Positions 40,919 through 42,007 of a stretch of 42,007 bases of DNA are shown one piece after another. Position 1 is the first letter of the stretch. Each line of letters begins with the position of its first letter. The notes below the pieces were generated by a model that made no database searches, was not told the origin of the DNA, and saw only the letters and a list, made by a program, of their open reading frames with translations. Position numbers and translations under genes: made by a program. The DNA is from Candidatus Rokuibacteriota bacterium (GTDB taxonomy: Bacteria > Methylomirabilota > Methylomirabilia > Rokubacteriales > CSP1-6), in the NCBI GenBank assembly GCA_003221655.1, contig QHSV01000235.1:1-42007 (forward strand). The letters are read 5' to 3'.

Positions 40919-42007
40919 CGAGCCGGCGGGACGAACGCCAGCCGCCCGTAGCGCTCGGGATCCAGGTAGCGCCGCGCCGCGAGGCGAACCTGCTCGGACG
41001 TGACCGATCGCACGCGGTCGATGTAGGCGAGCTCCTCGGCGAGCCGCCACACTGTCTCGGCGTGGCCGAGCAGGCGGGCCCGCCCCTCGGCGGTCTCGCT
41101 CCGAAAAGCATGCTCGGCCTCAGCCTGGGTGATCGCCCGGCGGAGCTCCGCGTCCGTCACCCCCTGCTCGCGCAGGCGCTGGACCACCCTCAGGATTTCG
41201 GCCTCGGCGCGGGCGAGGTTTGGAGCCTCGAGTTGAGCCGTCACCATGATCACGCCACCAGCCTCGTACGCCGTGTAGTCGGAGCCGACCGAATTGACGA
41301 GGGCGAGTCGCTCGCGGAGCGACTGGGGCAGGCGTGAGGACCGCGACTGACCGAGGATCGAGACGAGCAGATCCACGGCAGGAGTGTCGGCGTGATCGAG
41401 TCTCGGGCCGAGCCACCCCATGCCGAGGTATGCGAACGCTCCGGGCCGCGGATCGTCGACTCTTTTCGGCGTGAGGCTCGCGGGCGCGGAGCCGGATAGC
41501 CGCTGGAACCCGCTGCGCGGCAGCCGGCCCAACGTTCGCTCCGCCGCCCTGAGTGTTTCGGTCGGGTTGACGGGACCGACGACCACCAGCGCGAACGACT
41601 CGGGGACGTAGTGGCGACGGTAGAAGGCGAGCAGCGTGTCGCGCGTGAGCGTCTGGATGATGTCGGCCGTGCCAAGAATCGGACGGCTGTAGGGGTGGCT
41701 GCCGAACACCACACCGTAGAACTGCCGGGCGAGATGCCGTTGCGGACTGTCTTCGCTGAGCCGCATCTCCTCGAGCACGACTTTCTTCTCGAGCTCGAGC
41801 TCGGTCTCGTCGAGGATCGAGTTGACGCTGATGTCGGCGAGCATCTCGATGGTCGCAACCGCACGCGGCGCCGGCAACACCGCATGATAGAACGTGTAGT
41901 CGAGCGAGGTTCCAGCATTCATCCGTCCGCCGACACCTTCGACATCCCGGTCCACGAAGCCTCGGGGCCGTGTGGTCGTGCCCTTGAAGAGCATGTGCTC
42001 GAGGTAG
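40915..42007 (-). CDS. M16 family zinc peptidase (pitrilysin-like), 5' end outside window
   Basis: The frame is open to the window edge. The last codons read ...YLEHMLFKGTTTRPRG, the xxEH part of HxxEH followed by the canonical FKGT. The rest is M16 / M16_C-like. Confidence 0.8.
   Translation of the reverse strand, partial: YLEHMLFKGTTTRPRGFVDRDVEGVGGRMNAGTSLDYTFYHAVLPAPRAVATIEMLADISVNSILDETELELEKKVVLEEMRLSEDSPQRHLARQFYGVVFGSHPYSRPILGTADIIQTLTRDTLLAFYRRHYVPESFALVVVGPVNPTETLRAAERTLGRLPRSGFQRLSGSAPASLTPKRVDDPRPGAFAYLGMGWLGPRLDHADTPAVDLLVSILGQSRSSRLPQSLRERLALVNSVGSDYTAYEAGGVIMVTAQLEAPNLARAEAEILRVVQRLREQGVTDAELRRAITQAEAEHAFRSETAEGRARLLGHAETVWRLAEELAYIDRVRSVTSEQVRLAARRYLDPERYGRLAFVPPAR

Overview
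This 42 kb window is visibly GC-rich and almost gap-free. About 36 genes are all encoded on the minus strand, and every plus-strand ORF in the track looks like an antisense shadow. The content is core housekeeping for a diderm bacterium. In coordinate order it holds an LPS-core/lipid A block (three GT4 glycosyltransferases, a GT9 heptosyltransferase, lpxK, waaA, a DUF374 gene, lpxB, lpxI, a Gfo/Idh/MocA oxidoreductase, lpxA). Then come skp-bamA, clpC, lolD plus a lolC/E permease, lysS, prfB (with its programmed +1 frameshift), lnt, a metallophosphoesterase, nusB, ribH-ribBA-ribE-ribD, ftsY and a RodZ-like gene. The rest is smc, secA, recN, nadK, tlyA, a rhomboid protease and two M16 peptidases, the last cut by the window edge. 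Many junctions are 4-nt (ATGA/GTGA) or 1-nt (TGATG/TAATG) start/stop overlaps. I see no tRNA or rRNA, CRISPR array, transposase, integrase, phage or recognisable defence genes. I do not find a convincing novel multi-gene system, so this reads as an ordinary conserved region. Three local oddities are worth a second look. (1) The RF2 gene keeps its frameshift site and SPF motif but lacks about 70 codons that normally carry the catalytic GGQ loop. (2) lpxB stops about 24 codons after its SGT-TLE motif. (3) The lpxB stop is followed by a 47-nt tandem duplication that forms two translationally coupled 15-codon mini-ORFs chained to the next gene. All three could also be assembly or sequence artefacts and need read-level checks.
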